Assembly (NCBI GenBank): GCA_044359815.1
Contig: JBIKLL010000005.1
Location: 1 to 64,000, forward strand
From: Pseudobdellovibrionaceae bacterium
GTDB lineage: Bacteria > Bdellovibrionota > Bdellovibrionia > Bdellovibrionales > Bdellovibrionaceae
DNA: 64,000 bases
Direction: 5' to 3'
The notes under the pieces: model-generated
Told to the model about the DNA's origin: nothing
Seen by the model: the letters and a program-made list of their open reading frames with translations, nothing else
Database searches by the model: none
Shown here: positions 20,345-29,274 of the stretch, piece by piece
Layout of the letters: each line of letters starts with the position of its first letter
How positions within the stretch are numbered: position 1 is the stretch's first letter
Made by a program: the position numbers and the translations under genes

Positions 20345-21652
20345 ATGAATCTGTTTTTTGCCAAAAAAGCTAGGCACAAGATCAAAAGCTTGTATGCGAG
20401 CTGGCAGGATTCAAATATCTCGGCTCATACAAAATATCTGACCCTTATTCATATTTGTGTAATGGCACTCATGGTCCCTTTTGATTTTATTTTGTTTGGT
20501 CTAAATGCTCCGTACCCAAAGTTCAGAATTCTATCGATTGCTTTCTTTGCGTTAAATCTATTGGCACTACAGTACGTATCAAGAATGCGAAAACCAACAG
20601 CTGATCGAAAGGCTTCGGCGTTATTACTGTTTCCAAATCTTTATTGGAATATTTTGTACCATTATTTTATGTGCACAGCTTCCCCAGAAAACATTCAAAT
20701 AGTATTGATAGGTAATCTTCTGGTTTCATTTTTTACTACCTTTTTAACGTTAAGGTTCTGGCGAGAGCAGTACCTGCTGAATCTAGTTAGCATTTTATCA
20801 CTTTCCGTGTTTGCTATTGGTTATCCTAGTGTGGGAAGAGAGCTTGCCCTGATAATAATTTGTCATTTGTTGTCGTTTATGTTGGCTTTCATTTTACGTA
20901 GAGAGTTTGCAGGAGCAATGTACGAAAGATATTATCACATGATGACCTTTATACCTAAACAGGTAGCTCATTCGATTCTAACTTCTTCGGGTACATTGAA
21001 AATTTCTGAAGTGTTTAAGACAGAAAATCGTTTCACAGTTTGTTTGGTATCAGACCTAAGAAATTATCAGGAGCTGTGTAAACGCGAGACCCCCGAATAC
21101 GTCAGTCGATTGTTGGAAAAATTTTATGATATTATTTTTGAATGTCTGGATCAGGTGGTTCCCGAGGGAAATTATTTTGCCAATTGGACTGCTGATGAAT
21201 TGTTTGTGGTATTTTATAGTGAAGACAATGATGAGGAAAAGGTCATGAACGAAGCCCTCAGTTTTTCAAAATTGTTGGCGACCACCCTGCACCAAAGAGC
21301 TCTGCGTGAATTGGAAAGTCCCCTGATGTGGGATATTGGTTTGGCCTCGGGTGTTGGATTGTTAGGTGTTCAAGGGCCCGAAAGACTTAAAAAAACTACG
21401 ATCACAGGTGAATCACCAGGATTGGCAAAGCGCTTAGAATCCGAAGCCAAACGACAGCGATTGCCTGAAAGCTCTATCCATGAACTGCCGATTTTAGTAA
21501 TGGATCGAAGGCTCAAGGATTTTGGAATCCGCTATAGACATTTTGAATCTGACAGTCTGCAAGAATTTGTTGCAACCGAAAAAAATATCTCTGGTGAAAA
21601 GTATTTTAGGCTAAAGTCGTCGATCCCACTTTTTATTGCCAAAAGCAGCTAG
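20345..21652 (+). CDS. Six-TM class III nucleotide cyclase-domain protein
   Basis: About 6 TM helices then VSDLRNY, NWTADELFVVF, IGLASG and TTITGESPGLAKRLES, which align to the class III cyclase consensus. Confidence 0.85.
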   Translation: MNLFFAKKARHKIKSLYASWQDSNISAHTKYLTLIHICVMALMVPFDFILFGLNAPYPKFRILSIAFFALNLLALQYVSRMRKPTADRKASALLLFPNLYWNILYHYFMCTASPENIQIVLIGNLLVSFFTTFLTLRFWREQYLLNLVSILSLSVFAIGYPSVGRELALIIICHLLSFMLAFILRREFAGAMYERYYHMMTFIPKQVAHSILTSSGTLKISEVFKTENRFTVCLVSDLRNYQELCKRETPEYVSRLLEKFYDIIFECLDQVVPEGNYFANWTADELFVVFYSEDNDEEKVMNEALSFSKLLATTLHQRALRELESPLMWDIGLASGVGLLGVQGPERLKKTTITGESPGLAKRLESEAKRQRLPESSIHELPILVMDRRLKDFGIRYRHFESDSLQEFVATEKNISGEKYFRLKSSIPLFIAKSS

Positions 21653-21673
21653 TCCCATCTATCGTTAGAATCT

Positions 21674-22726
21674 ATGTACAAATATTTAATTATGTTTTTG
21701 CTACTGGCGGGATGTTGCTCGGCCAATGTAAAGGGCTCTATGTCAGATCATTTTGATGGGAAAAAGTTTTTTAATCCAGGGAACGAAAGCCGCAAAAGTT
21801 TTTATGATTTTTTAAAATGGCGGTTCACCAGTGATTCAATTGCGTGGCCTGACTGGGTTGATGATGTGAAACAAACTGTACCGAAAACAAAAATCACATC
21901 GGATGTTGAAATCACATTTATCAATCATGCAACAGCATTGATTCAAACAGAATCCGCAAATATTTTGACTGACCCGCAGTTTTCGGATCGTACCAGTCCC
22001 GTCAGTTTTGCTGGCCCCAAGCGGGTCCGGGTGCCTGGAGTGGATATTAAAAATTTGCCCCGCATTGATGTGGTGTTGATCAGTCATAATCACTATGATC
22101 ATTTGGACATTGGATCGCTTAAACTGTTGGATCAAATGTTTTCTCCTGTTTTTTTAGTGCCATTAGGGGATAAAAAATTATTGGAATCTGAGGGGATTAA
22201 AAAAGTCGTCGCTATGGATTGGGGAGAACGCTTTGAGTTTCCGGCAACTGAAGGCGCAAAGACCGATGATGCCAAGAAAACAGAACAGTTGCAGATATTT
22301 TTTGAACCCAGCTTTCATTGGTCGGGCCGTGGGATGTTTGACCGCAATATGTCGTTGTGGGGCAGTTTTGTGATCAAACACAAAGGCAAAAACATTTATT
22401 TTGCTGGCGACACTGGGTATTCAGAACACTTTAAACAGATTTTTCAAAAGCATGGTGTGATGAAAGTTTCGTTGTTACCCATCGGTGCCTATGAGCCCCG
22501 ATGGTTTATGAAAGGCAGTCATGTTAATCCAGAAGAGGCCGTGAAAGCCCATCAGGATTTGCAGTCAGAAAATTCAATTGGGATACATTTTGGAACTTGG
22601 AAACTGACCGATGAGGGCATTGACGATCCGATCACCCATTTGCAGCAAGCACTGACCGCCGAAAGCATTGCCCCCAATAAATTTGTCGCCCCCAAAAACG
22701 GACAGGTCTTTAGTTTTTCTTGGTAG
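21674..22726 (+). CDS. MBL-fold metallohydrolase lipoprotein (NAPE-PLD/RomA-like)
   Basis: LAGC lipobox; ILTDP, SHNHYDHLD, HWSGR, FAGDTGY, PIGAYEPRW and IHFGTW motifs. Confidence 0.92.
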   Translation: MYKYLIMFLLLAGCCSANVKGSMSDHFDGKKFFNPGNESRKSFYDFLKWRFTSDSIAWPDWVDDVKQTVPKTKITSDVEITFINHATALIQTESANILTDPQFSDRTSPVSFAGPKRVRVPGVDIKNLPRIDVVLISHNHYDHLDIGSLKLLDQMFSPVFLVPLGDKKLLESEGIKKVVAMDWGERFEFPATEGAKTDDAKKTEQLQIFFEPSFHWSGRGMFDRNMSLWGSFVIKHKGKNIYFAGDTGYSEHFKQIFQKHGVMKVSLLPIGAYEPRWFMKGSHVNPEEAVKAHQDLQSENSIGIHFGTWKLTDEGIDDPITHLQQALTAESIAPNKFVAPKNGQVFSFSW

Positions 22727-22817
22727 CTTTAGTCGTTCAGGATTAGCACTAGTTTTGATTATTTATATTTGAGACCACCGGGTGGAACTATAAGTGGCGC
22801 AAAATTATTGCTTTTTA

Positions 22818-22842
22818 TTATATAGTGTGTAACACTATATAA
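22818..22842. promoter_or_regulatory. Palindromic operator of the BrnTA operon
   Basis: Perfect inverted repeat TTATATAGTGT-GTA-ACACTATATAA, 3 bp before the toxin ATG. Confidence 0.7.
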
Positions 22843-22845
22843 AGA

Positions 22846-23184
22846 ATGGCCCGTTTTGAGTTTGTCGCATGGTTGGTAAAATGGATTTTAGAGCAAGAGA
22901 GCTTTGATTTCGATTGGGATCAGGGCAATTCCGCCAAAAACATGCAGAAGCACAAGATTAGCTCAATCAGTGCAGAGCAGGCGTTTTTGAACAGGGACTT
23001 TTTGGTTCCTTTGGGTATTCAAGTTGCTCCTGTTACCAACGAACCTCGCTTTGGAGCGTAAGGAACAGATTTCTCAGGCAGATTGATCTCGCTATGCTTT
23101 ACGATACGTGAAGGTCGTATTCGAATCATTTCTGCGCGACCAATGAGTAGAGCTGAAAGGAAAAACTATGAGTCGATTCGTTAA
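22846..23184 (+). pseudogene. brnT: BrnT-family toxin interrupted by an in-frame TAA (23059-23061)
   Basis: FDWD..N..KH N-terminus; after the stop the same frame continues GTDFSGRLISLCFTIREGRIRIISARPMSRAERKNYESIR*, a BrnT C-terminus. Confidence 0.88.
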
Positions 23185-23422
23185 AAACGAAAAAGGTTAT
23201 GAAAAATCATTTGAGGCTGATTGGAAAGCCGTAAAAAAAGGCCTTAAGAAGGTTCGGGCTGAGGTAGGTGAGCCTAAGAAAGTTCCCACATCGATTGCCC
23301 TTGATCCTCGTTTTGTATCGGAATTAAAGAAGGAAGCTCGATCTCGTGGTATTCCATATCAGATACTTATGAGAATGTTTATTGTTGAGGGCTTTCAGCG
23401 ATTGAAAAAGCAAACTGCCTAA
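23168..23422 (+). CDS. BrnA/CopG-type RHH antitoxin
   Basis: TSIALD...LKKEARSRGIPYQILMRMFI; overlaps the toxin end. Confidence 0.85.
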   Translation: MSRFVKNEKGYEKSFEADWKAVKKGLKKVRAEVGEPKKVPTSIALDPRFVSELKKEARSRGIPYQILMRMFIVEGFQRLKKQTA

Positions 23423-23465
23423 GAGTAGTTTAAAGGATTTTCATTAGTGCCTATTCGGTTCAGCG

Positions 23466-24206
23466 CTAAGGCTCAATCCCCAAATAATGAAATGTAAATG
23501 TTGGTTTGATACCTGCCAGACGGGGAGCTCTGGGTATAATCACCAGATCATCACCAGCTTGCACATCCATCGTGGTTGAAACTGCTGCTGTTTCCTTTTC
23601 GTTGTTTTGATCACAGCCTTGTGTTGAGCCAGATATTTTTTTATAGGAAAAGGCATAGCGTTTTTGCCCGTTGACGCCTTGATAGCAATAATGATGTCGT
23701 TCGGTGCTGTCGGATTTTTCGATGATAAAATCAACCCATCCGCCGTTTTCGTTATTGGTCAGCAACAAAACATCAATCACCGAAGGTATGGTCAACACAC
23801 CTGTGTGGGTGATATCGATACGGTTGTCTGACCAAGTAATGCCTCGATCCACAACAATTGTCAGGCTGGCCAGGACAACATTTTTACCGTCTTTGCCATC
23901 CACACCGTTAGTGCCATTGATTCCATTTGTGCCGTCCACACCATTTGTGCCATTGATTCCGTTTGTTCCGTCGACACCGTTAGTACCATTGATGCCGTCT
24001 TTGCCATCCACACCGTTAGTGCCATTGATTCCATTTGTGCCGTCTTTACCTGCGGTTACTGATTCGACTGTGCTATCGGGTGGGACGGTTTCCGAGGAGG
24101 CGGATTCTGATTTTTTATCACAGGCTGCCAACAGACCCATCAGACTAAAAATTATAAACAGTTTTTTTGTATCCATCAGGTCCCCCAATAAATGGCACTT
24201 AAGCAT
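23466..24206 (-). CDS. Collagen-like repeat lipoprotein
   Basis: LAAC lipobox (start probably MDTKK); about 19 Gly-X-[ND] triplets. Confidence 0.85.
   Translation of the reverse strand: MLKCHLLGDLMDTKKLFIIFSLMGLLAACDKKSESASSETVPPDSTVESVTAGKDGTNGINGTNGVDGKDGINGTNGVDGTNGINGTNGVDGTNGINGTNGVDGKDGKNVVLASLTIVVDRGITWSDNRIDITHTGVLTIPSVIDVLLLTNNENGGWVDFIIEKSDSTERHHYCYQGVNGQKRYAFSYKKISGSTQGCDQNNEKETAAVSTTMDVQAGDDLVIIPRAPRLAGIKPTFTFHYLGIEP
23881..24051 (-). repeat. Coding tandem repeat (GTNGINGTNGVD / GKD units)
   Basis: 9-bp sub-units and 36-bp units, e.g. ccacaccgttagtgccattgattccatttgtgccgtc present twice. Confidence 0.85.
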
Positions 24207-24364
24207 ACCTAAGAAACCAAAGGCAGTTCATTCGCTGCCCATTGGACAACAGAATGCCTGCAATCTGGTTAAAAGATCGCCATTTTCCCCTTAATTACAG
24301 TCTACTGTGTTTAATTGGTTTCCCAAACAGCTATAGAGGATTTGATTCATATTGAGACTTTAAT

Positions 24365-25066
24365 GTGATCTTTCTGATTCAGGTCACAGTTATCGGCGGT
24401 GGCGGTGGTGCCAGCTCACGAGATTATTCCAGTTGGTCAGGGGCACATGGAGCCGGTGGCGGAGCTGCGATTAAAAATTCAAGTGTAGCGTCTGGAACAA
24501 AATTTGTTTTTACAGTGGGTAAGGGTGGCATTGGCAGACTGGTCGGCGACGGAGCAGCATTGCAATGGGGTAAGGACGGGACCGCCGGAACTGACAGTGT
24601 TTTTGAATTTGATGGGATTAAATTAGTTGGACAGGGTGGTGGCATTGCTGCTTTTAAATCATCTGGTGGTAAGGGTGGAAAAGCATTAATCAACAATGCT
24701 ATCGGTGGTTCGGGTGTGGGTGGTGATGTAAATTGCAAAGGCGGCGACGGAGGTTTTTGCAGTAATGGGTATTTTTATTGTGCTGCTCAGAGTGCGCCCG
24801 TGTGTGATGGTAAACAAAGCGGTCAAAGCAGAATGCTGTCAACATTTTCAGCCTATGGATCAAAGGGCGGTGGTGGCGGTGGCGGTGGAGCCAGCCAGTA
24901 TGGTGGTAACGGAGTTTCTGTACCGAGTGATCGTCAAGGTTGCGGCGGTGGCGGTGGTGATTTCATGGACGGCAAGCTGGTCAGAAAACTGCAACTTAAT
25001 CATCCAGATTACACAAACGATTATTCTAACCGCGGTTCCCACGGCTGCGTTATCGTGACCTGGTAA
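24365..25066 (+). CDS. Glycine-rich domain protein, probably 5'-truncated
   Basis: VTVIGGGGG...GAGGGA...FTVGKGG...GCVIVTW pattern of Gly-rich fibre-type domains; begins abruptly at GTG with no RBS or signal peptide. Confidence 0.6.
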   Translation: MIFLIQVTVIGGGGGASSRDYSSWSGAHGAGGGAAIKNSSVASGTKFVFTVGKGGIGRLVGDGAALQWGKDGTAGTDSVFEFDGIKLVGQGGGIAAFKSSGGKGGKALINNAIGGSGVGGDVNCKGGDGGFCSNGYFYCAAQSAPVCDGKQSGQSRMLSTFSAYGSKGGGGGGGGASQYGGNGVSVPSDRQGCGGGGGDFMDGKLVRKLQLNHPDYTNDYSNRGSHGCVIVTW

Positions 25067-25068
25067 CT

Positions 25069-25234
25069 AAAAGAGACCGTACGACTTTTTCTGTCTACAG
25101 CGCGAAAACCAATGACTGAACCTAAATGGACAGACATCCTGATCTTGTATTTTGCATTGTAGTCAAAAAAAAGGACGGTTATTTTTCCGGTCACTTATCG
25201 CAGTGTAGACAGAAAAAGTCGTACGGTCTCTTTT
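25069..25234. repeat. Family B inverted-repeat element (MITE/REPIN-like), copy B1
   Basis: Perfect 30-bp TIR AAAAGAGACCGTACGACTTTTTCTGTCTAC; unique interior. Confidence 0.92.
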
Positions 25235-25252
25235 GGATTTCACGGAGGATTT

Positions 25253-26500
25253 ATGAGGGGATTTGTTTTTTTAGCGGTTATTTGGATTTCAGTAATTGCT
25301 CAAGCCCAACCCGCCAGAATCAAATTGTCAGATCGGGTTAATGTCAGAGGCGAAAGCGCGACGCCAGGCTCTGTTGAAAAATCAGCTGTCGGAAATAATA
25401 AATCAGCGCCATTACAGATTCTGGGTCAGTTACCACCTGGTACAGAAATCGAGGTCGATCCCAACGAATATCAAAATGCCGAAAAGCGAGAATACATCGA
25501 CAGCAATGGGGCAAAGCAAATTTCTAAAAACGGATTTGTGCGCAGGTTTAGGGTCATCAGCATTCCTGGCCAAGACAAAGATCCCAAGCTTAGGGATTTG
25601 CAATGGATGCTTAACGAATACCGAGATGACGTTTATATTTCAAAAAATTATTTGAATATGCTTGAAGGCCCTGGCGTAAAACCAAACCCATCGGGTGGTC
25701 AATCAACGGGTGTCAGTGGTGGAATCACCCCAGATTCAGTTGCCGAGGTCACGGGTACCGAAGCTCAGTCAGTTTATGGATTGCCAGGCTACAAACCGAT
25801 TTCGCCAGAGGCAGAATATCAGGAAGATTTGGCCAGACAACGATCCAAAGAAGCTGCTGATAAATTAGATCGTGTTAGGGATCCCCGTAAGGATTGCGAA
25901 ATCACCAGCGACGAAGCTGGATTTTTTGAAAGCCCCGAGGCTTTATCAAAAGTTTTGAATTTTGAAACCGACGATGCTTCAGGCAACCAAAGTAAAATAC
26001 CAAAAATAGCTCTTAAAAAAGCTCTGGGGTATTTTGCTAAAAACGGTAATCAGTTTCCCAACAAAGATTACATCACAATTATCGATTACACTCAGGGGCG
26101 GTCACAGGACAGAATGTTTTTAATTCATAAATCTGGCCGTGTCGAAAGATTCAGGGTCGCTCATGGTAAAAACACTGGCGACGGCAGAGCTTTGGATTTT
26201 TCAAACCAACCTGAGTCCAAAAAAACTCCTGCAGGATTTTTTAAAACTGGTGAAAACATTGGTACCTGTGGCAGCGGGCGCAGTCCCAAAAAAGGTTGCA
26301 TGTGGCTTGATGGTTTAGAATCCAGAAATGATAATTCACGCCGACGGGAAGTTATCTTTCACGGTGCATGGTATGTGAATGATCAACGGGTGGGACGCAG
26401 TTGGGGCTGTCCAGCCGTCAGCAACCAGCAGGCCGAATACATCAACGGCAAAACCCGCAACGGCAGTCTGTGGTACCATTTTACCGCCGCTGATTTGTGA
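25253..26500 (+). CDS. Secreted murein L,D-transpeptidase catalytic-domain protein (YkuD_2-like)
   Basis: Signal peptide; IIDYT, VAHG, FSN, IFHGAWYV and GRSWGCPAV motifs. Confidence 0.88.
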   Translation: MRGFVFLAVIWISVIAQAQPARIKLSDRVNVRGESATPGSVEKSAVGNNKSAPLQILGQLPPGTEIEVDPNEYQNAEKREYIDSNGAKQISKNGFVRRFRVISIPGQDKDPKLRDLQWMLNEYRDDVYISKNYLNMLEGPGVKPNPSGGQSTGVSGGITPDSVAEVTGTEAQSVYGLPGYKPISPEAEYQEDLARQRSKEAADKLDRVRDPRKDCEITSDEAGFFESPEALSKVLNFETDDASGNQSKIPKIALKKALGYFAKNGNQFPNKDYITIIDYTQGRSQDRMFLIHKSGRVERFRVAHGKNTGDGRALDFSNQPESKKTPAGFFKTGENIGTCGSGRSPKKGCMWLDGLESRNDNSRRREVIFHGAWYVNDQRVGRSWGCPAVSNQQAEYINGKTRNGSLWYHFTAADL

Positions 26501-26510
26501 AAAGAGACTG

Positions 26511-26627
26511 AAAAGAGACCGTACGACTTTTTCTGTCTACGCCGCAAAAAAACAAATAGAAACTTATCGCAATCAACTGTATTCCATTTTCTGCGGTGTA
26601 GACAGAAAAAGTCGTACGGTCTCTTTT
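26511..26627. repeat. Family B element, copy B2
   Basis: Same TIR; preceded by a partial terminus copy (AAAGAGACTG); fills the gap between convergent genes. Confidence 0.92.
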
Positions 26628-28879
26628 CAGGGGCTGGCGATGCCGGTGGCTTTATTGACTGTGCCTAGGCCATGATAAGCCTTGGTTCCAAATCCCATGA
26701 GATCGCCACCCACTACAACTTGGGTGGATGTAAATCCTAAATCAAAAGCTTCAAAAGTTCCGGAGCGGGAAGTGTCTGGCAACCAGGATGGATCAAAAGC
26801 CAAAGTGGTTTCATTGTATCTGCGCACATCATTGTCAGTGCCTACATAAATCCATCCGTTATCGATTCCGACGGCTTGTGCGGCTGTATTGGGAAAGGTT
26901 GGAGTGACATAAGTAACTGCAGCTGGGTTAGTAAAATCAATCGCACTAAATCTGCGAAAGGCATTAGCACCCATATTGTTAAATTCACCGACTGCAATTA
27001 ATTTATTTGTAGCAGTTGAGTGTTCGATATTCTGAACCACGCCGTCGGGATTGGGTAACCAAGCTAAATCAATGGCAGCAGTTGTGGGGTGAACCCTGGC
27101 CAATCGACGAACGCTGGTATTACCGCTTAATCGTGTGAACGCTCCAGCTACATAAATCTGTCCACCGATATGTTTGACCTGATTGATTTGATTATTTGCG
27201 TTCGGATTCCAAGGCAGCAATACAAACGATGGAAAACTGGTTAAATCCAATGCTGCCAAACGATTGCGAGCTGTTGAATTAACCAAACCAAAATCACCAC
27301 CGACGTAAACTGTGTTTCCCACAATCTCGGTACTGTAAACCGGATTATCAATATCTGTATTAAATCCTGCGATAATCGCCCCAGTGTTTTCGTTAACTGC
27401 AAACAGTCCATCGAGCCCCGATACCGGAGTGTGCCCAATTAATAAACTGGTGCTAAATTTATTAATTGAAAAAACTGAGTGGTTTGTACCCGTAATCGGC
27501 GAAGTGAATGCCGGATCAACCAATCCTGTGGCTAGATTTATTTTTGCCAGTCCTCGACGTAAAAATGGATTTTTAACTCCCAAAGTCCCAGCAAAATAGA
27601 CCTCAGTCGCATTTGCAGCCATACTGAATGTTGTGCCAGCAAAATTTCCTGCTGAATCCTGTAACACTGTTTTCCAGCCAGTATCAATAACTCCAGTCAG
27701 CTTATTGGCCTTGCGTCCGTTAGCACTGATGATGTCTGAGCCCACAATCACAAAATCCAACTGCATTGAGTTGCCAAAATTTGTTTGAACGGCTGCGGTA
27801 GTTGGGTGCAGTCGCAATAATGTAGCAGTTGTTGGTGCAAAAGATGGATGAGCAATCGCTCCAGCTAATACGTAAGTGCTGATTCCATCGTACTCAATAT
27901 TGTAGAAGTAGGTACTGAGTGTTCCTATATCAAAAGTCGCTACTTGGTTGACACGATTTGCATGCACCATTGCAAAATCAATTCTTGAATTGCCACCGAC
28001 TGTTTCAAACTCGCCACCTATGTATAAACTGGGATCACCACTGGGTGAAAGTGTCGGACCGATCTCAATTTCATTTACAAAAGTCTGCGTGGTGGTGTGG
28101 GTAAAGCTTAGGCTAAGGCTTGGAACCAAAACATTTGTGTTTAGATTTACTGCAGCCACATGTTGTCGCGCAGAATTGGATCCACCAATGTTGATGTTAT
28201 TAAAATACCCGCCCAAATACATAATGTCCGTGACCAGATCTATTTCAAAATCTGAAATTGAAGCGTCAGCCCTAACATTAAATGCTGTATTCACTGAACC
28301 AGTCAGCAAATCAATTTTGGCCATGCTGTGGGAGCCAAAGCCGTCACTGTACAATGTTCCACCACCTAAATATAAAAATCCTTCGTGAACCTTCATCTGA
28401 TTGACAGCTAAACCGTCCATTGGAATACTAGTGTTCCACGTCAGATCCAAGGTTCCATCGGCATTAATTTTTGAAAGTCCTTCATGCAAAAATCCACCGA
28501 CGTATTTGTAAGCGCCGCTTACAATCCAACCGCCCGATGGGTGAGCTACAACTGCTGTGGTGTATCCATCAATCAAATGATAGTTGGGAGCCAGTGATGA
28601 AATATTTCCATTTGAAACATTAATTGGAACCCCAGATCCTGAGCACTCTCCAGCGTACACAAAATTACCTGCCAAATACATACTGGTGTTTTCAACAAAA
28701 ACATCATTGACGGTCGCATTATTGCCACCATTCCTATCACCAAAAACGCAAACACCGGTACCCATCAAAGAAAGGACCCCGTTGTTTTTGTTTTTCCAAA
28801 ATGAATTTTGGTGAAAAATTGCTTCAGTTGAAAACGAAAAAAGGTATGAAAACAAAAATAGAAAAATAAATGTTTTCAA
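26627..28879 (-). CDS. Secreted repeat beta-propeller protein (delta-60-like repeats)
   Basis: Signal peptide; repeated [LV]Y[LV]GG.F...R..LA.[LI]D..TG....W.P units. Confidence 0.8.
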   Translation of the reverse strand: MKTFIFLFLFSYLFSFSTEAIFHQNSFWKNKNNGVLSLMGTGVCVFGDRNGGNNATVNDVFVENTSMYLAGNFVYAGECSGSGVPINVSNGNISSLAPNYHLIDGYTTAVVAHPSGGWIVSGAYKYVGGFLHEGLSKINADGTLDLTWNTSIPMDGLAVNQMKVHEGFLYLGGGTLYSDGFGSHSMAKIDLLTGSVNTAFNVRADASISDFEIDLVTDIMYLGGYFNNINIGGSNSARQHVAAVNLNTNVLVPSLSLSFTHTTTQTFVNEIEIGPTLSPSGDPSLYIGGEFETVGGNSRIDFAMVHANRVNQVATFDIGTLSTYFYNIEYDGISTYVLAGAIAHPSFAPTTATLLRLHPTTAAVQTNFGNSMQLDFVIVGSDIISANGRKANKLTGVIDTGWKTVLQDSAGNFAGTTFSMAANATEVYFAGTLGVKNPFLRRGLAKINLATGLVDPAFTSPITGTNHSVFSINKFSTSLLIGHTPVSGLDGLFAVNENTGAIIAGFNTDIDNPVYSTEIVGNTVYVGGDFGLVNSTARNRLAALDLTSFPSFVLLPWNPNANNQINQVKHIGGQIYVAGAFTRLSGNTSVRRLARVHPTTAAIDLAWLPNPDGVVQNIEHSTATNKLIAVGEFNNMGANAFRRFSAIDFTNPAAVTYVTPTFPNTAAQAVGIDNGWIYVGTDNDVRRYNETTLAFDPSWLPDTSRSGTFEAFDLGFTSTQVVVGGDLMGFGTKAYHGLGTVNKATGIASP

Positions 28880-29237
28880 AAGTTCCCCACCTGAAATGTG
28901 CAGTTTAGAACTTATTTAATCGAAAGTCTAAACCACAGCTATATTAAGGATACCTTAAAAAAATATTGGGACAAAAAGGTAATTGGTATATTAATTGTTA
29001 AGATTCTCAAAATGATACAAAAATTCTAATTTGTTTTGGTCGATCTTAAATTCGTAATAGGTTATATCGAACAGTTTCATCGCATCACAAAATATGCATC
29101 AAATTGTTAAATTCAAAAAATAAATCAGAGAAATTCAGATCGGTGTTCGCCCACCAGAGGGAAACTCAGCCTTTGTATCATATTGTGTTGATCAGCATAT
29201 CAATCTAAGACGTTGCTTGAATAAGCGGGTAAAACGT

Positions 29238-29264
29238 TCAAGATTTTTACAGGACTTCCGATCA
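29238..29264 (+). promoter_or_regulatory. Putative sigma28 (FliA) promoter
   Basis: TCAAG-N14-TCCGATCA ending 10 bp before the ATG at 29275. Confidence 0.5.
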
Positions 29265-29274
29265 GTTAACTAGG

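Noticed and set aside
20345..22726. Pycsar anti-phage system
   Set aside because: No cyclic-nucleotide-binding TM or TIR effector is adjacent, and the cyclase has its own multi-TM N-terminus, unlike typical PycC.
23704..24294. 196-aa Pro-rich plus-strand ORF and similar antisense ORFs (24424, 30249, 45164, 53866)
   Set aside because: Shadow frames of repetitive or well-supported genes on the opposite strand.
24365..28879. Prophage or tailocin
   Set aside because: Only a Gly-rich fibre-like fragment; no structural, packaging or integrase genes.
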